This document shows positions 15,700 to 24,638 of a stretch of 24,638 nucleotides of DNA, in pieces. The position numbers were made by a program, and so were the translations under genes. This stretch comes from Archangium sp. (GTDB lineage: Bacteria > Myxococcota > Myxococcia > Myxococcales > Myxococcaceae). Within the stretch, counting starts at the first letter, position 1, and every line of letters starts with the position of its first letter. Location: positions 1 through 24,638 of the forward strand of contig JANLPS010000042.1 of NCBI GenBank assembly GCA_031367385.1, read 5' to 3'. The notes beneath the pieces are model-generated. The model was not told the origin of the DNA. It was given only the letters and a program-made list of their open reading frames with translations, and searched no databases.

Positions 15700-17544
15700 T
15701 CAGAAGTCTTCTACGCGGTGCCCGACGGCGGCGGTAGAGATCGCGCGATTCATGATTCGCTCGACGAACGGCTTGGCGTGGTCATCGAGCGCGGTGATCG
15801 CGTCTTTTAAGGTTTGGTGGTCTTTGACCTCGGCCGCCAGCGCCTGCAGTTCGTCGACTTTGTTGGTGAACGCGCTGCGCTCGGCGTCGCTCAGCAGGTC
15901 TCCATTGGTGGCCAATTGCTTTCGCGCGTCACTGAGCACCCGGCGCGCCTCGACCTGTTGCTCGACCAGCAGCCGGTTCTGCACGTCGGCCTCGGCGTTC
16001 TCGATCGAGTCGAGGAGCATCTGCTCGATCTCCTCATCGGTGAGCCCGTGGGTCGGCTTGACGGTGACTTTCTGCTCGGCTCCAGTCGCCTGATCTTTCG
16101 CACCGACCGTCAGAATGCCGTCAGCATCGATGGCGAAGCGCACCTCGATGCGCGCCATGCCAGCCGGTGCCGCGGGGAGCCCGGTCAGCTTGAACCGCGC
16201 CAATGAGCGGCAATCACTGACCATTTCACGCTCGCCCTGCACCACGTGAATGTCGACCGCGTTCTGGCCATCTTGAAACGTGGTGAACACCTGCGCCTGG
16301 GCGATCGGTATCGGCGAATTGCGCGAGATGAGCTTCTCGACCACACCGCCCATCGTCTCGAGCCCCAGCGAGAGAGGAATCACGTCGAGCAACAACACTT
16401 CGTCTTGCCGGTCGGCGTTGGTCAGCAGGTCAGCCTGAATCGCCGCTCCGAGGGCCACCACTTGATCGGGGTCGATGTCGGCCAATGGCTCTTTGCCGAA
16501 GGTCTGGGCCACGAAGGTTCGCACGGCGGGCACCCGCGTCGAGCCACCCACGAGCACCACGCCCTTGATGTCAGCCGCGGTGAGCCCAGCGTCTTTCAGC
16601 GCGCGACGTACCGAGGCCCCGGTCTTCGCCAGCAACGGCTGAATCCACGAGTCGAAGTCAGCGCGTGACACCGCGAAGTCGGCCCCTTCGAACGGCAAGG
16701 TGGTCTGCGCTGAATCGGTGAGGCGCTCCTTCGCCACCTTCGCCGCCTGCAACAGCGTCGCGATCTGGGTCGGCGTCGGCGCCGAAATGCCCCTCGCCGC
16801 GAGCACCTTCTCGACGATCGCGCGATCGAAGTCGTCTCCGCCCAGCGCGGAGTCACCGCCGACCGACTTGACCTGAAACACACCCTCCACCAGCTCGAGA
16901 ATCGAGATGTCGAAGGTGCCGCCGCCCAGGTCGTACACGGCGAACAGCCCCTGCGCGTTCTTGTCGAGCCCGTACGCCAGCGCCGCCGCCGTCGGCTCAT
17001 TGAGCAACCGCAGCACCTCGAGGCCAGCGAGCCGCCCAGCATCTTTGGTGGCCTGCCGCTGCGCATCATCGAAATACGCGGGCACGGTGATCACCGCCTG
17101 CTCGACCTTGGTCGCGAAGCGCGATTCAGCCCGTCGCTTGAGCTGCCGCAAGATCTCTCCCGAGACCTCGATCGCCGAGACCGGCTGCCCGCCCGCGACT
17201 TGAAAGCGCACCACGCCTTGGGTGCCAGGCACGAACTGATACGCGCCGAGCTTCTTGGTCTCGACATCGCCCAGCGACTTGCCCATGAAGCGCTTGACCG
17301 ATTTGATCGTATCGGTCGGAGCCTCGGCCAACTTCGCCACCGCCCGCTGACCGACCAGCACGCTGCCGTCAGCCGCGTAATTCACGACCGAGGGCAACAG
17401 CACCGCGTCACCCTCATCGACCTCGACGCAGATGGGCTTGCCGTTCACCACCGCGGCCACGAGGGAGTTCGTGGTGCCCAAGTCGATGCCGACCACCTGC
17501 CCCTTGGGCTTCAAGGGGTCATGAATCTGCAAAAAGCCTTTCAC
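15700..17544 (-). CDS. hscA: Fe-S assembly Hsp70 chaperone HscA
   Basis: LQIHDP N-terminus, [54 protein letters not shown]; lies between hscB and fdx. Confidence 0.96.
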   Translation of the reverse strand: MKGFLQIHDPLKPKGQVVGIDLGTTNSLVAAVVNGKPICVEVDEGDAVLLPSVVNYAADGSVLVGQRAVAKLAEAPTDTIKSVKRFMGKSLGDVETKKLGAYQFVPGTQGVVRFQVAGGQPVSAIEVSGEILRQLKRRAESRFATKVEQAVITVPAYFDDAQRQATKDAGRLAGLEVLRLLNEPTAAALAYGLDKNAQGLFAVYDLGGGTFDISILELVEGVFQVKSVGGDSALGGDDFDRAIVEKVLAARGISAPTPTQIATLLQAAKVAKERLTDSAQTTLPFEGADFAVSRADFDSWIQPLLAKTGASVRRALKDAGLTAADIKGVVLVGGSTRVPAVRTFVAQTFGKEPLADIDPDQVVALGAAIQADLLTNADRQDEVLLLDVIPLSLGLETMGGVVEKLISRNSPIPIAQAQVFTTFQDGQNAVDIHVVQGEREMVSDCRSLARFKLTGLPAAPAGMARIEVRFAIDADGILTVGAKDQATGAEQKVTVKPTHGLTDEEIEQMLLDSIENAEADVQNRLLVEQQVEARRVLSDARKQLATNGDLLSDAERSAFTNKVDELQALAAEVKDHQTLKDAITALDDHAKPFVERIMNRAISTAAVGHRVEDF

Positions 17545-18062
17545 GACAGGGTCTCCTCTTCGAAGGCTTCGACTTCTTCGAGAAACCGCGTGAAGTACTT
17601 CACCCGGCCCAGCTGATGCGCGGCGAGGGCGGTGTCATCGGCCTTGAGCGCGTTCACCGCGGTCGCGAACGCCGCGTCTTTGAGCTCAACGACCTCCGCC
17701 GCCATCGCGCGCGCGGCCTCGAGGTCTTTCTTTCGCAGGGCGCCTTCGAGCTTCTCACGGCGCTCCATGACCTCTTCGAGAAAGGCCATCGGCATCTTCG
17801 CCGCAGCCGCTGACGCGTCGTTCTCGAGGTCGATGCCCTTGAGCTTGAGCAGGTAAAATGCGCGTCGAACCGGGTCTTTGAGCACCTTGAAGGCATCGTT
17901 GACCGCGGTCGTCTTCTCGAGCGCGATTCGCCGCTCGCGGGCATCACCGTGGGCCGCGCGATCAGGGTGAAACTGCATCGACAAGTCACGCACCTGCTGC
18001 TCGAGCGCGCGAACATCGAGGTCGACCGAAGGGGGCAGGCCGAAGACGTCGAAGTGGGTCAT
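17541..18062 (-). CDS. hscB: Fe-S assembly co-chaperone HscB
   Basis: J-domain with HPD (QFHPDR), [35 protein letters not shown] overlap with hscA. Confidence 0.95.
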   Translation of the reverse strand: MTHFDVFGLPPSVDLDVRALEQQVRDLSMQFHPDRAAHGDARERRIALEKTTAVNDAFKVLKDPVRRAFYLLKLKGIDLENDASAAAAKMPMAFLEEVMERREKLEGALRKKDLEAARAMAAEVVELKDAAFATAVNALKADDTALAAHQLGRVKYFTRFLEEVEAFEEETLS

Positions 18063-18066
18063 GACG

Positions 18067-18471
18067 TCACACCGTGAAGCTGTCGCCGCAGCCGCACGCG
18101 CTCTTCACGTTCGGGTTCTGCAGCTTGAACCCCGAGGCCATCAAGCCGTCTTCGAAGACGAGCTCAGTGCCCATCAGGTACAGGTAACTCTTCGAGTCGA
18201 CGAAGATGCGAACGCCCTCGCGCTCGAAGATCTTGTCTCGCTCCTTGGCGGCCTCGGCCCACTCCATGTGGTAGCTCAACCCCGAGCAGCCGCCGCCCTT
18301 GACCATGATGCGCAGGCCCGCGTTCGGCGTGTTGCGTTCGACCAGCAATTTCTTGAGCCGCTCGACGGCCGAGTCGCCCAGCCCAATGCCCTTGCCCGCG
18401 GGCTTACCGCCGGGGAGGGCGGCGTTGCCGGGCATGACCGTCACAGACGCGGTGGCCTGAGCCTCGCTCAT
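18067..18471 (-). CDS. iscA: A-type Fe-S carrier IscA (HesB family)
   Basis: VKGGGCSGLSY and NPNVKSACGCGDSF motifs. Confidence 0.94.
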   Translation of the reverse strand: MSEAQATASVTVMPGNAALPGGKPAGKGIGLGDSAVERLKKLLVERNTPNAGLRIMVKGGGCSGLSYHMEWAEAAKERDKIFEREGVRIFVDSKSYLYLMGTELVFEDGLMASGFKLQNPNVKSACGCGDSFTV

Positions 18472-18477
18472 GGTGGG

Positions 18478-18909
18478 TTACCGGTGCTCCGCGAGGGCTT
18501 CGGCGGCAGGCACCGCGGCAGCGAGCTTCTTCGCCCGCTTGTCTTGAAAGTCTTTGATCGCCGCTTTGATCGCGTCTTCGGCGAGCACCGAGCAGTGAAT
18601 CTTGACCGGAGGCAACGAGAGCTCTTTGGCGATCTCCTTGTTGGTGATCTGCTGGGCGTCGGCGATCGACTTGCCCTTGACCCACTCTGTCACCAGCGAC
18701 GACGAGGCGATCGCCGAGCCGCAGCCGAAGGTCTTGAACTTGGCGTCTTGAATGATGCCGTCGTCGTTGATCTTCAGCTGCAACCGCATCACGTCGCCGC
18801 ACGCCGGAGCCCCGACCAAACCGGTGCCCACGTTCGGATCTTCTTTGTCCATCGTCCCCACGTTGTGGGGGTTCTCGTAGTGCTCGATGACTTTGTCGCT
18901 GTAGGCCAT
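18478..18909 (-). CDS. iscU: Fe-S scaffold IscU
   Basis: MAYSDKVIEHYENP, GAPACGDVM, FKTFGCGSAIASSS, LPPVKIHCS; GGAG SD upstream. Confidence 0.98.
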   Translation of the reverse strand: MAYSDKVIEHYENPHNVGTMDKEDPNVGTGLVGAPACGDVMRLQLKINDDGIIQDAKFKTFGCGSAIASSSLVTEWVKGKSIADAQQITNKEIAKELSLPPVKIHCSVLAEDAIKAAIKDFQDKRAKKLAAAVPAAEALAEHR

Positions 18910-18933
18910 GGTGAATCTCCGTGTTTCAAAAAA

Positions 18934-20298
18934 TCAGTGTGCGGTCCAAGCGATCGACTTCAAGTCGATGCCTTCTTTGGCCATTTCGTAGAGCGGGCTC
19001 ATCTCGCGAAGCCGCTTGACCGACTTGGTCATCAGCTCGATGACGTAGTCGACCTCTTCTTCGGTGTTGAAGCGCCCCAGGCCGAACCGAATCGAGCTGT
19101 GGGCCATGTCTTCTTCGACGCCCAGCGCGCGGAGCACGTACGACGGCTCGAGCGACGCCGAGGTACACGCCGAACCTGAGCTGACCGCGACGTCTTTGAT
19201 CGCCATCATCAGGCCTTCGCCTTCGACGTATGCGAACGAAACGTTCAAGTTGCCCGGCAGGCGGTGCTCGAGCGAGCCGTTGATGATCAGCAGGTCGAGG
19301 TTCTTCTCGAGGCCGGCCAACAGCCGTTGACGCAGCGCGATCAGCCGAGCCGCTTCAGCCGCCATCTCGGTGCGGGCCAATTCACAGGCCTTGCCGAAGC
19401 CGACGATGCCCGACACGTTCAGGGTGCCCGAGCGCATGCCACGCTCGTGACCACCGCCATCGATGCCGGCCGCGATGCGAACGCGGGGCTTTCGGCGCAC
19501 GTAGAGGGCTCCGATGCCCTTGGGCCCGTAGAGTTTGTGCGCGGTGAGGCTCACCAAATCGGCCTTCGCCTCTTCGACCGAGAACGGTACTTTGCCGACC
19601 CCTTGCACCGCGTCGGTGTGAAAGAGCACGCCCTTCTCACGGCAGATGGCGCCAATCTCATTGACCGGCTGCACGACGCCGATCTCGTTGTTGGCGAGCA
19701 TGATCGACACCAGAATCGTGCGGTCGGTGATCGCCGCGCGCAGCTCGTTCAAGTCGACCAGGCCGTCTTTCTTCGGCGACAGGTATGTCACCCGCGCGCC
19801 CACCCGAACCTTGTCGACCCAGCGCTTGAGCAACGCGTCGTGCTCGAGGTCGTGCTTGATCTCGAGCGTGGCGAGGTCGTCGGCGTTGACGTCTTGGCCG
19901 GTCAGCTCCATCAGGCGTTGAATCTTCAGCTCGTCGATTCGCTCGGCGCGCATGCGCTCGAGGCGCTTGCAGGTGTCGAGCACGGCCTTGTGCTCGGTGG
20001 TCAGGGTGATGAGGTGATCGCCCTTGTCTTTGTAGAACTCGACCACGCCCTTGAGCGCCAGGTTGTTCGACTCGGTCGCACCCGAGGTGAAGACGATCTC
20101 TTTGTCTGAAGCGCCGATGAGCGCGGCGACCTGCTTGCGCGCGAGCTCGACGGCGGCCTCCGCCGTCCACCCGAAGCTGTGATTGCGCGATGCGGCATTG
20201 CCGAAGCTCGCTTCGAAATACGGCTTCATGGCCTCGACGACACGCGGGTCAGTCGGCGTCGTCGCGTGGTTGTCCATGTAGATGGGGAGCTTCAGCAT
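18934..20298 (-). CDS. iscS: Cysteine desulfurase IscS (with internal ~50-aa insertion)
   Basis: [37 protein letters not shown] (PLP Lys), [18 protein letters not shown]-terminal [10 protein letters not shown]...IAWTAH. ATG at 20298 preceded by GAGG. Confidence 0.98.
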   Translation of the reverse strand: MLKLPIYMDNHATTPTDPRVVEAMKPYFEASFGNAASRNHSFGWTAEAAVELARKQVAALIGASDKEIVFTSGATESNNLALKGVVEFYKDKGDHLITLTTEHKAVLDTCKRLERMRAERIDELKIQRLMELTGQDVNADDLATLEIKHDLEHDALLKRWVDKVRVGARVTYLSPKKDGLVDLNELRAAITDRTILVSIMLANNEIGVVQPVNEIGAICREKGVLFHTDAVQGVGKVPFSVEEAKADLVSLTAHKLYGPKGIGALYVRRKPRVRIAAGIDGGGHERGMRSGTLNVSGIVGFGKACELARTEMAAEAARLIALRQRLLAGLEKNLDLLIINGSLEHRLPGNLNVSFAYVEGEGLMMAIKDVAVSSGSACTSASLEPSYVLRALGVEEDMAHSSIRFGLGRFNTEEEVDYVIELMTKSVKRLREMSPLYEMAKEGIDLKSIAWTAH

Positions 20299-20312
20299 CG
20301 AACGCCTCGAAA

Positions 20313-20343
20313 GTGAATGTGGACCAATCCGGTCCTGATTCAC
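20313..20343. promoter_or_regulatory. Palindromic operator upstream of iscS, Rrf2/IscR type-1-like
   Basis: GTGAAT-gt-GGACC-aatcc-GGTCC-tg-ATTCAC, 11 of 13 arm positions complementary; core GACC-N5-GGTC has the spacing of the IscR type 1 motif (GACT-N5-AGTC). Confidence 0.7.
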
Positions 20344-20347
20344 AGGT

Positions 20348-20377
20348 CCTCTAACGGGCCGTACACCTACACGTCAA
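20348..20377 (-). promoter_or_regulatory. Possible sigma70-type promoter for the isc operon
   Basis: Minus-strand TTGACG (20377-20372), 18 nt, then TAGAGG (poor -10); would start transcription at the edge of the palindrome. Confidence 0.3.
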
Positions 20378-20454
20378 GCCCATGGCAAGAGTTACGCGGG
20401 GTTGACGATGATTTGGCCGTGTGAACCAGCACTGGGCGGTATAAGGCCTGCCCC

Positions 20455-21177
20455 ATGAGCCAACGCCTCGGAGTCAACGTCGACCACGTCGCCACCCTTC
20501 GCCAGGCTCGCAAAGCGATGTACCCCGACCCGGTCACCGCCGCCGCGATGGCCGAGCTCGCAGGCGCGGGTCAAATCACCATTCACCTGCGTGAAGACCG
20601 CCGTCACATTCAAGAGCGCGACCTGAAGGTGCTCCGCGAGACCACCCAGACGATGCTCAACCTCGAGATGGCCGCGACCTCAGACATGGTCAAGCTGGCC
20701 TACGAGTACAAGCCGAACATGGTGACGCTGGTGCCCGAGCGCCGCGAAGAGCTCACCACCGAGGGCGGCCTCGACGTCGGCTCGCAGAAAGACGCGATCG
20801 GCCGGGTCGTCAAGACCCTCAAAGACGGCGACATCGTCGTCTCGCTCTTCATCGACCCCGATTTGGATCAGGTGAAGGCCTCGCACAAAGTCGACGCCGA
20901 CCGCATCGAGCTGCACACCGGTCGCTACTGCGAGGCGAGGGGCGAGAAAGACCGCGCCCGCGAGCTTTCGCGCATCGTCGACGCCGCCAAGACCTCGGTG
21001 AAGCTGGGCATGGGCTGCGCCGCGGGTCACGGGCTCAATTACGACAACGTTCGCCCCATCACGCAAATCGCGGAGATCGACGAGCTCAACATCGGCCACG
21101 CCATCGTCGCGCGTGCGGTGTTGGTTGGGTTCGAGCGCGCGGTGCGAGAAATGATCGAGCTGCTGAGGGCTCCGTGA
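20455..21177 (+). CDS. pdxJ: Pyridoxine 5'-phosphate synthase
   Basis: [63 protein letters not shown]. Confidence 0.98.
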   Translation: MSQRLGVNVDHVATLRQARKAMYPDPVTAAAMAELAGAGQITIHLREDRRHIQERDLKVLRETTQTMLNLEMAATSDMVKLAYEYKPNMVTLVPERREELTTEGGLDVGSQKDAIGRVVKTLKDGDIVVSLFIDPDLDQVKASHKVDADRIELHTGRYCEARGEKDRARELSRIVDAAKTSVKLGMGCAAGHGLNYDNVRPITQIAEIDELNIGHAIVARAVLVGFERAVREMIELLRAP

Positions 21178-22703
21178 AGCGGGTGCTCACCGCCGAAGAG
21201 ATGCGCGAGGTCGAGGCCTCGGCCGCCGTGCACGGCACCTCCATCGCGTCGCTGATGGAGAACGCCGGCGACGCCCTCGCCAAAGAAGCGATTCGGCACG
21301 CGAGCAAAGAGGGCCGGGTCTTGGTGCTGTGCGGCCCGGGCAACAACGGTGGTGATGGGTTGGTCGCGGCGAAGACCCTGGCGCAGGCCAAGCGCACCGT
21401 CTTCGTCGAATCACTGGTGCCGACCGAGGTGCTCAAAGAAGAGCCGCTGCGGCACGCCCGGGCCTTGCGTGACTTGGGCGTGGCACTCGCGCCGATACCG
21501 CAGTCGCTGAGGGTCGAGCCCGGAGACGTCGTCATCGATGCGCTCTTGGGCACCGGGCTGTCGCGGCCTCCTGAAGGGGCGATGGCCGAGGCGATAGGGC
21601 GAATCGGCAAGTGGCGCGAGCTGGGCGCGAAGGTCGTGTCGGCCGACTTGCCCTCGGGGCTGCAGAGTGATTCGGGCCAACCCCTGACTCCGCATGTCAC
21701 CGCTGACGCCACGGTGGCGTTCGGGTTCTTGAAGCGGGCGCACATCGTCGAGCCAGGCGTGTCGATCTGCGGCGTCACCACGGTCGCCGACATCGGCATC
21801 CCCAGAGGCACGGAGTCGGTGCTCAGTGATTCTTCGGTGAGTTTGACCGAGGAGGCCGACGTACGAGCCCGCTTTCACCCCCGCGCCGCTGACTCGCACA
21901 AGGGCACGTACGGGCATTTATTGGTCGTCGCCGGCAGCCGGGGCAAGACCGGAGCGGCCGCGTTGGTCGCCAAGGCCGCCCTGCGTACGGGTGTCGGTCT
22001 GGTCACGGTCGCGACGCGCTCGAATGCGCTCGAAGCGGTGATGGCGCACGCGCCCGAAGTGATGGGCATCGAGCTGCCGCACGAAGGCCCGATGGGGCCC
22101 GGTGATTTGAATGCGTTGCTCGATGCTGCCGATGGCAAAGACGCAGTGGTCTTCGGCCCGGGCATTGCGCGCGATGAGTCGACGAGCAAGTTGCTGGCGG
22201 CCTTTCTCGAAGAGCTGACCGTGCCGTGCGTGCTCGACGCCGATGGGCTCAACGCGCTGGGTACGCAAGCCGAGATTCTCAAGCGCGCGAAGGGTGAGCT
22301 GCTGTTGACTCCGCACCCGGGTGAGATGGCGCGGTTGTTGGGCTCGAACACCGCGCAGATCAACGCCGCCCGCATCGAGACGGCGCGAAAATTTTCGGTC
22401 GAGCACCAGGTGGTGCTGGCGCTCAAGGGCGCGCGCACGGTGGTCGCTCGTGAAGACGGCGCGGTGTTCGTGAACCCCACCGGCAACCCCGGCATGGCCA
22501 CGGGCGGCACCGGCGATGTGCTCAGCGGCATCTGCGGGGCCCTGTTGGCGCAGGGGTATTCGAGTGAAGAAGCAGCGATTGTGGGCGTGTACGTGCACGG
22601 CCTGGCCGGAGACCTCGCGGCGGCTCGCGTCGGCCAGCGGGGGCTCATCGCGACTGACGTGATCGAAGCCCTCGGCGAGCTCTGGTCGAAATGGCACCTG
22701 TAA
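21174..22703 (+). CDS. nnr: Bifunctional NAD(P)H-hydrate epimerase/dehydratase (YjeF/Nnr)
   Basis: [29 protein letters not shown] (epimerase); [34 protein letters not shown] (dehydratase); GTGA overlap with pdxJ. Confidence 0.96.
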   Translation: MKRVLTAEEMREVEASAAVHGTSIASLMENAGDALAKEAIRHASKEGRVLVLCGPGNNGGDGLVAAKTLAQAKRTVFVESLVPTEVLKEEPLRHARALRDLGVALAPIPQSLRVEPGDVVIDALLGTGLSRPPEGAMAEAIGRIGKWRELGAKVVSADLPSGLQSDSGQPLTPHVTADATVAFGFLKRAHIVEPGVSICGVTTVADIGIPRGTESVLSDSSVSLTEEADVRARFHPRAADSHKGTYGHLLVVAGSRGKTGAAALVAKAALRTGVGLVTVATRSNALEAVMAHAPEVMGIELPHEGPMGPGDLNALLDAADGKDAVVFGPGIARDESTSKLLAAFLEELTVPCVLDADGLNALGTQAEILKRAKGELLLTPHPGEMARLLGSNTAQINAARIETARKFSVEHQVVLALKGARTVVAREDGAVFVNPTGNPGMATGGTGDVLSGICGALLAQGYSSEEAAIVGVYVHGLAGDLAAARVGQRGLIATDVIEALGELWSKWHL

Positions 22704-23152
22704 CGTTCAGCACGTCGTCGGCCCAAGAGACGTTCTCGCTCGGTGAGCGGTTGGGCAGGGTGCTCGAGCCACTCGACTTCGTGGGGCTCACAGGTCAGCT
22801 CGGCGCGGGCAAGACGCAGCTCAGCCGCGGCATCGCGCAGGGCGCCGGAGTGCCCCTCGAAGACGTGTCGAGCCCCACCTACGCGATCATTCAGACGTAT
22901 TCGGGTCGAATCACGCTGCACCACGCCGACCTGTACCGGCTCTCGACGCAAGATGACCTCTACTCGGTGGGTTACTTCGACCTGCTCGAGCAAGAGGCGG
23001 CGATGTTGGTCGAGTGGGTCGATCAAGTGCCCGGCGCGGCCCCTGACGACGCCTTGCGCATCACCATCGACGTTCTCACGGCCACGGAGCGCCGGTTCAC
23101 GTTCACCGCCTCGGGCCCGAGGTCAGAGCGGCTCCTGCTCCGCTTGTCCTGA
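22691..23152 (+). CDS. tsaE: tRNA t6A biosynthesis ATPase TsaE
   Basis: GQLGAGKT Walker A, VSSPTY, HADLYRL, LVEW; follows nnr as usual. Confidence 0.96.
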   Translation: MAPVTFSTSSAQETFSLGERLGRVLEPLDFVGLTGQLGAGKTQLSRGIAQGAGVPLEDVSSPTYAIIQTYSGRITLHHADLYRLSTQDDLYSVGYFDLLEQEAAMLVEWVDQVPGAAPDDALRITIDVLTATERRFTFTASGPRSERLLLRLS

Positions 23153-23158
23153 GGCCTC

Positions 23159-23188
23159 GAAGGACCCGTCTTGCCCGGCGGACCCTTC
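23159..23188. terminator. Possible hairpin between convergent tsaE and downstream ORF
   Basis: gaagg..ccgtc / ggcgg..ccttc imperfect stem; no U tract. Confidence 0.25.
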
Positions 23189-23519
23189 AGACTTCACGCG
23201 TAGAGGGGCGTTGGATCAGCCGAATGACCGCAATCACCAGGTACCCGAGCAGCAGCAGTACCACCGAGTCGGTCACGCAGTAGATGGCTTCAGCCAGCGC
23301 CTGGCTGCCGAGAACTTTCGGGCCGGTCGGTTCGAGCACGTTCCAGTCAATGAGCCCGAGCGCATCGAAAGCCAGAGCCGGGCCGACGAAGAAGACCACG
23401 AGCGGCGCGTCGAGAAGGCGATTGAGCCACGAGAGCTGGGCTTGCTCGCCAGCCCACGAGAGAACCCACAGGCTGGTCGGCAGCGAGGCGATTGACCATA
23501 CCGCCACGTGCCGATTCAC
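23187..23519 (-). CDS. Hypothetical small membrane protein
   Basis: 110-aa ORF (GTG start) with 2-3 hydrophobic segments, filling the gap between tsaE and the next gene. Confidence 0.55.
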   Translation of the reverse strand: MNRHVAVWSIASLPTSLWVLSWAGEQAQLSWLNRLLDAPLVVFFVGPALAFDALGLIDWNVLEPTGPKVLGSQALAEAIYCVTDSVVLLLLGYLVIAVIRLIQRPSTREV

Positions 23520-23563
23520 GAATTCACTGTGACATGGCGAACTGAAGGAGGCAAAACCGTTTG

Positions 23564-24322
23564 ATGGCCGAGAGAACCCGCGACCCGAACCGCCCCGAGA
23601 GCACCGAGGAGGGCACCTTCGACGAGAAGGCGGTCGCGCGCATTTTGCAACGGGCCACCGAGCTCGAGCGGCTCAAGACGAACGAAAGCACCAAGCTGAC
23701 CTTGGCTGAGATCGAGGCCATCGCGCGTGACGCCGGCATCGACCCGGCGCTGGTCTCGCGAGCGGTCAATGATCTTCGTCGAGAGCCGACCACCACTTTG
23801 GCCACGACGCTCTTGGGCGAGCCGACGAGGAGGGTCCTGGAACGCGTAATCCCCGTCAAGGTCGAGGCGGCTGACCACGAGCGACTCGTGGCCTTTCTGC
23901 GAGGTGAGCTTGCGCAACTGAGCGCAACACCACCCGCGATCTCGTCGGTCGGGCGTTCGCTGACCTACTTCAATGGCGCTGACGGCCGCTCGCAGAGCGT
24001 CGAAGTGCAGCTGATGCCCGAAGGCGAAGGCACGATGATTCGCATCATCGAGAGCTCGTCGAGGTTGGCGGGTGGCATCGTTGGGGGTGCGATGGGGTTG
24101 GCGGGTGGGGGCGTGACACCAATCGGCTTTCTCGTCGGGTCTGCGCTTGCTGATACGGCGGGTTTTCCAGTGGCAGTCGGGGTGGCAACCGTCGTCGCGG
24201 CGTACCTCGGTACGATCTTCAGCGGAGCGCGCGCCTTGTACGGGAGCCTCGTTCGCAAGCAGCGCACGCAGGTCGACGCCCTGATGACACGCCTCGAGGG
24301 TGCGCTGAAGGCCAAGCCGTAA
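23564..24322 (+). CDS. Hypothetical membrane protein (helical N-terminal domain, two Gly-rich TM helices)
   Basis: Strong AAGGAGG SD upstream; FDEKAVARILQRATELE...LTLAEIEAIARDAGIDPALVSRA; GGIVGGAMGLAGGG TM segment. Start is 23561 (TTG) or 23564 (ATG). Confidence 0.78.
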   Translation: MAERTRDPNRPESTEEGTFDEKAVARILQRATELERLKTNESTKLTLAEIEAIARDAGIDPALVSRAVNDLRREPTTTLATTLLGEPTRRVLERVIPVKVEAADHERLVAFLRGELAQLSATPPAISSVGRSLTYFNGADGRSQSVEVQLMPEGEGTMIRIIESSSRLAGGIVGGAMGLAGGGVTPIGFLVGSALADTAGFPVAVGVATVVAAYLGTIFSGARALYGSLVRKQRTQVDALMTRLEGALKAKP

Positions 24323-24366
24323 AGAGATTCGGCGTGCTCCCAACCGGCTGATTTCTCAGCCCCAGC

Positions 24367-24502
24367 AGACCGCGGCAGTCACTCTGACGCGGTTTCGAGG
24401 GTCTCGGAGACCGCGGCAGTCTCGCAACCCGGGTTTCGAGGGTTTCGGAGACCTCGGCAGTCTCGCAAACCCGCTTTCGAGGGTTTCGGAGACTGCCGCA
24501 GT
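24367..24502. repeat. 41-bp tandem repeat, 3 full copies plus a partial copy, with internal palindromes
   Basis: Units start at 24367, 24408, 24449 and 24490; consensus agaccgcggcagtctcgcaa-N-tttcgagggtttcgg. Confidence 0.9.
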
Positions 24503-24638
24503 GAAAGAGGGCACCGGGAAAGGCCCTGTGTACGCGGGGTTAGCGCGGGCTGGACACCGAGGCCTCGAGGGAGCGGGGCCGACGCAGCGTCTCGGCGGTG
24601 ACTCCGGTTTGGGCCCGAAACCATTCACTGAAGTGCTG

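Noticed and set aside
15700..17544. dnaK
   Set aside because: Context (hscB, fdx), LQIHDP N-terminus and absence of grpE/dnaJ indicate hscA.
19801..19956. Intein or intron in iscS
   Set aside because: Too short, lacks Cys/Ser start and His-Asn end, and stays in frame.
20402..20445. sigma70 promoter for pdxJ (TTGACG at 20402, TATAAG at 20440)
   Set aside because: The two boxes are 32 nt apart, not 16-18, so they cannot be one promoter.
24367..24502. CRISPR array (repeats begin GTTTC, partly palindromic)
   Set aside because: Putative spacers are only ~11 nt and resemble each other; no leader or cas gene in the window.
24356..24628. ORFs of 90 and 81 aa on the minus strand
   Set aside because: They merely translate the 41-bp repeat, which is not a multiple of 3; no coding support.

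Overview
High-GC bacterial chromosomal segment. Gene content and protein style (MJ0042 zinc-ribbon protein, two TIGR02996-type proteins, isc operon without iscR) point to Myxococcota, probably Myxococcaceae-like; this is inference. Core genes: lysC (partial), a comEA-like gene, sucCD, iscS-iscU-iscA-hscB-hscA-fdx and pdxJ-nnr-tsaE. Accessory genes: an NlpC/P60 lipoprotein, a helical-repeat lipoprotein, two TIGR02996-domain proteins (one WGR-like + LRR-like), a Sel1-like protein, a DMT-like membrane protein, an FeS-BCP/PhrB-type photolyase and an NmrA-like protein. No rRNA, tRNA, transposase or true CRISPR array was seen. Most notable unexplained signals: (1) a membrane-anchored zinc-ribbon protein with 12 T-x-x-F(G) motifs in a Pro/Ala linker, a candidate phospho-Thr/FHA docking scaffold; (2) a ~480-bp intergenic element with three nested inverted-repeat pairs; (3) a ~50-aa helical insertion in IscS; (4) an IscR-type-1-like operator upstream of an iscR-less isc operon; (5) a 41-bp palindromic tandem repeat at the right end; (6) an octa-proline tail ending on the start codon of the WGR/TIGR02996/LRR gene. 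All calls come from reading the sequence by eye; no searches were run.
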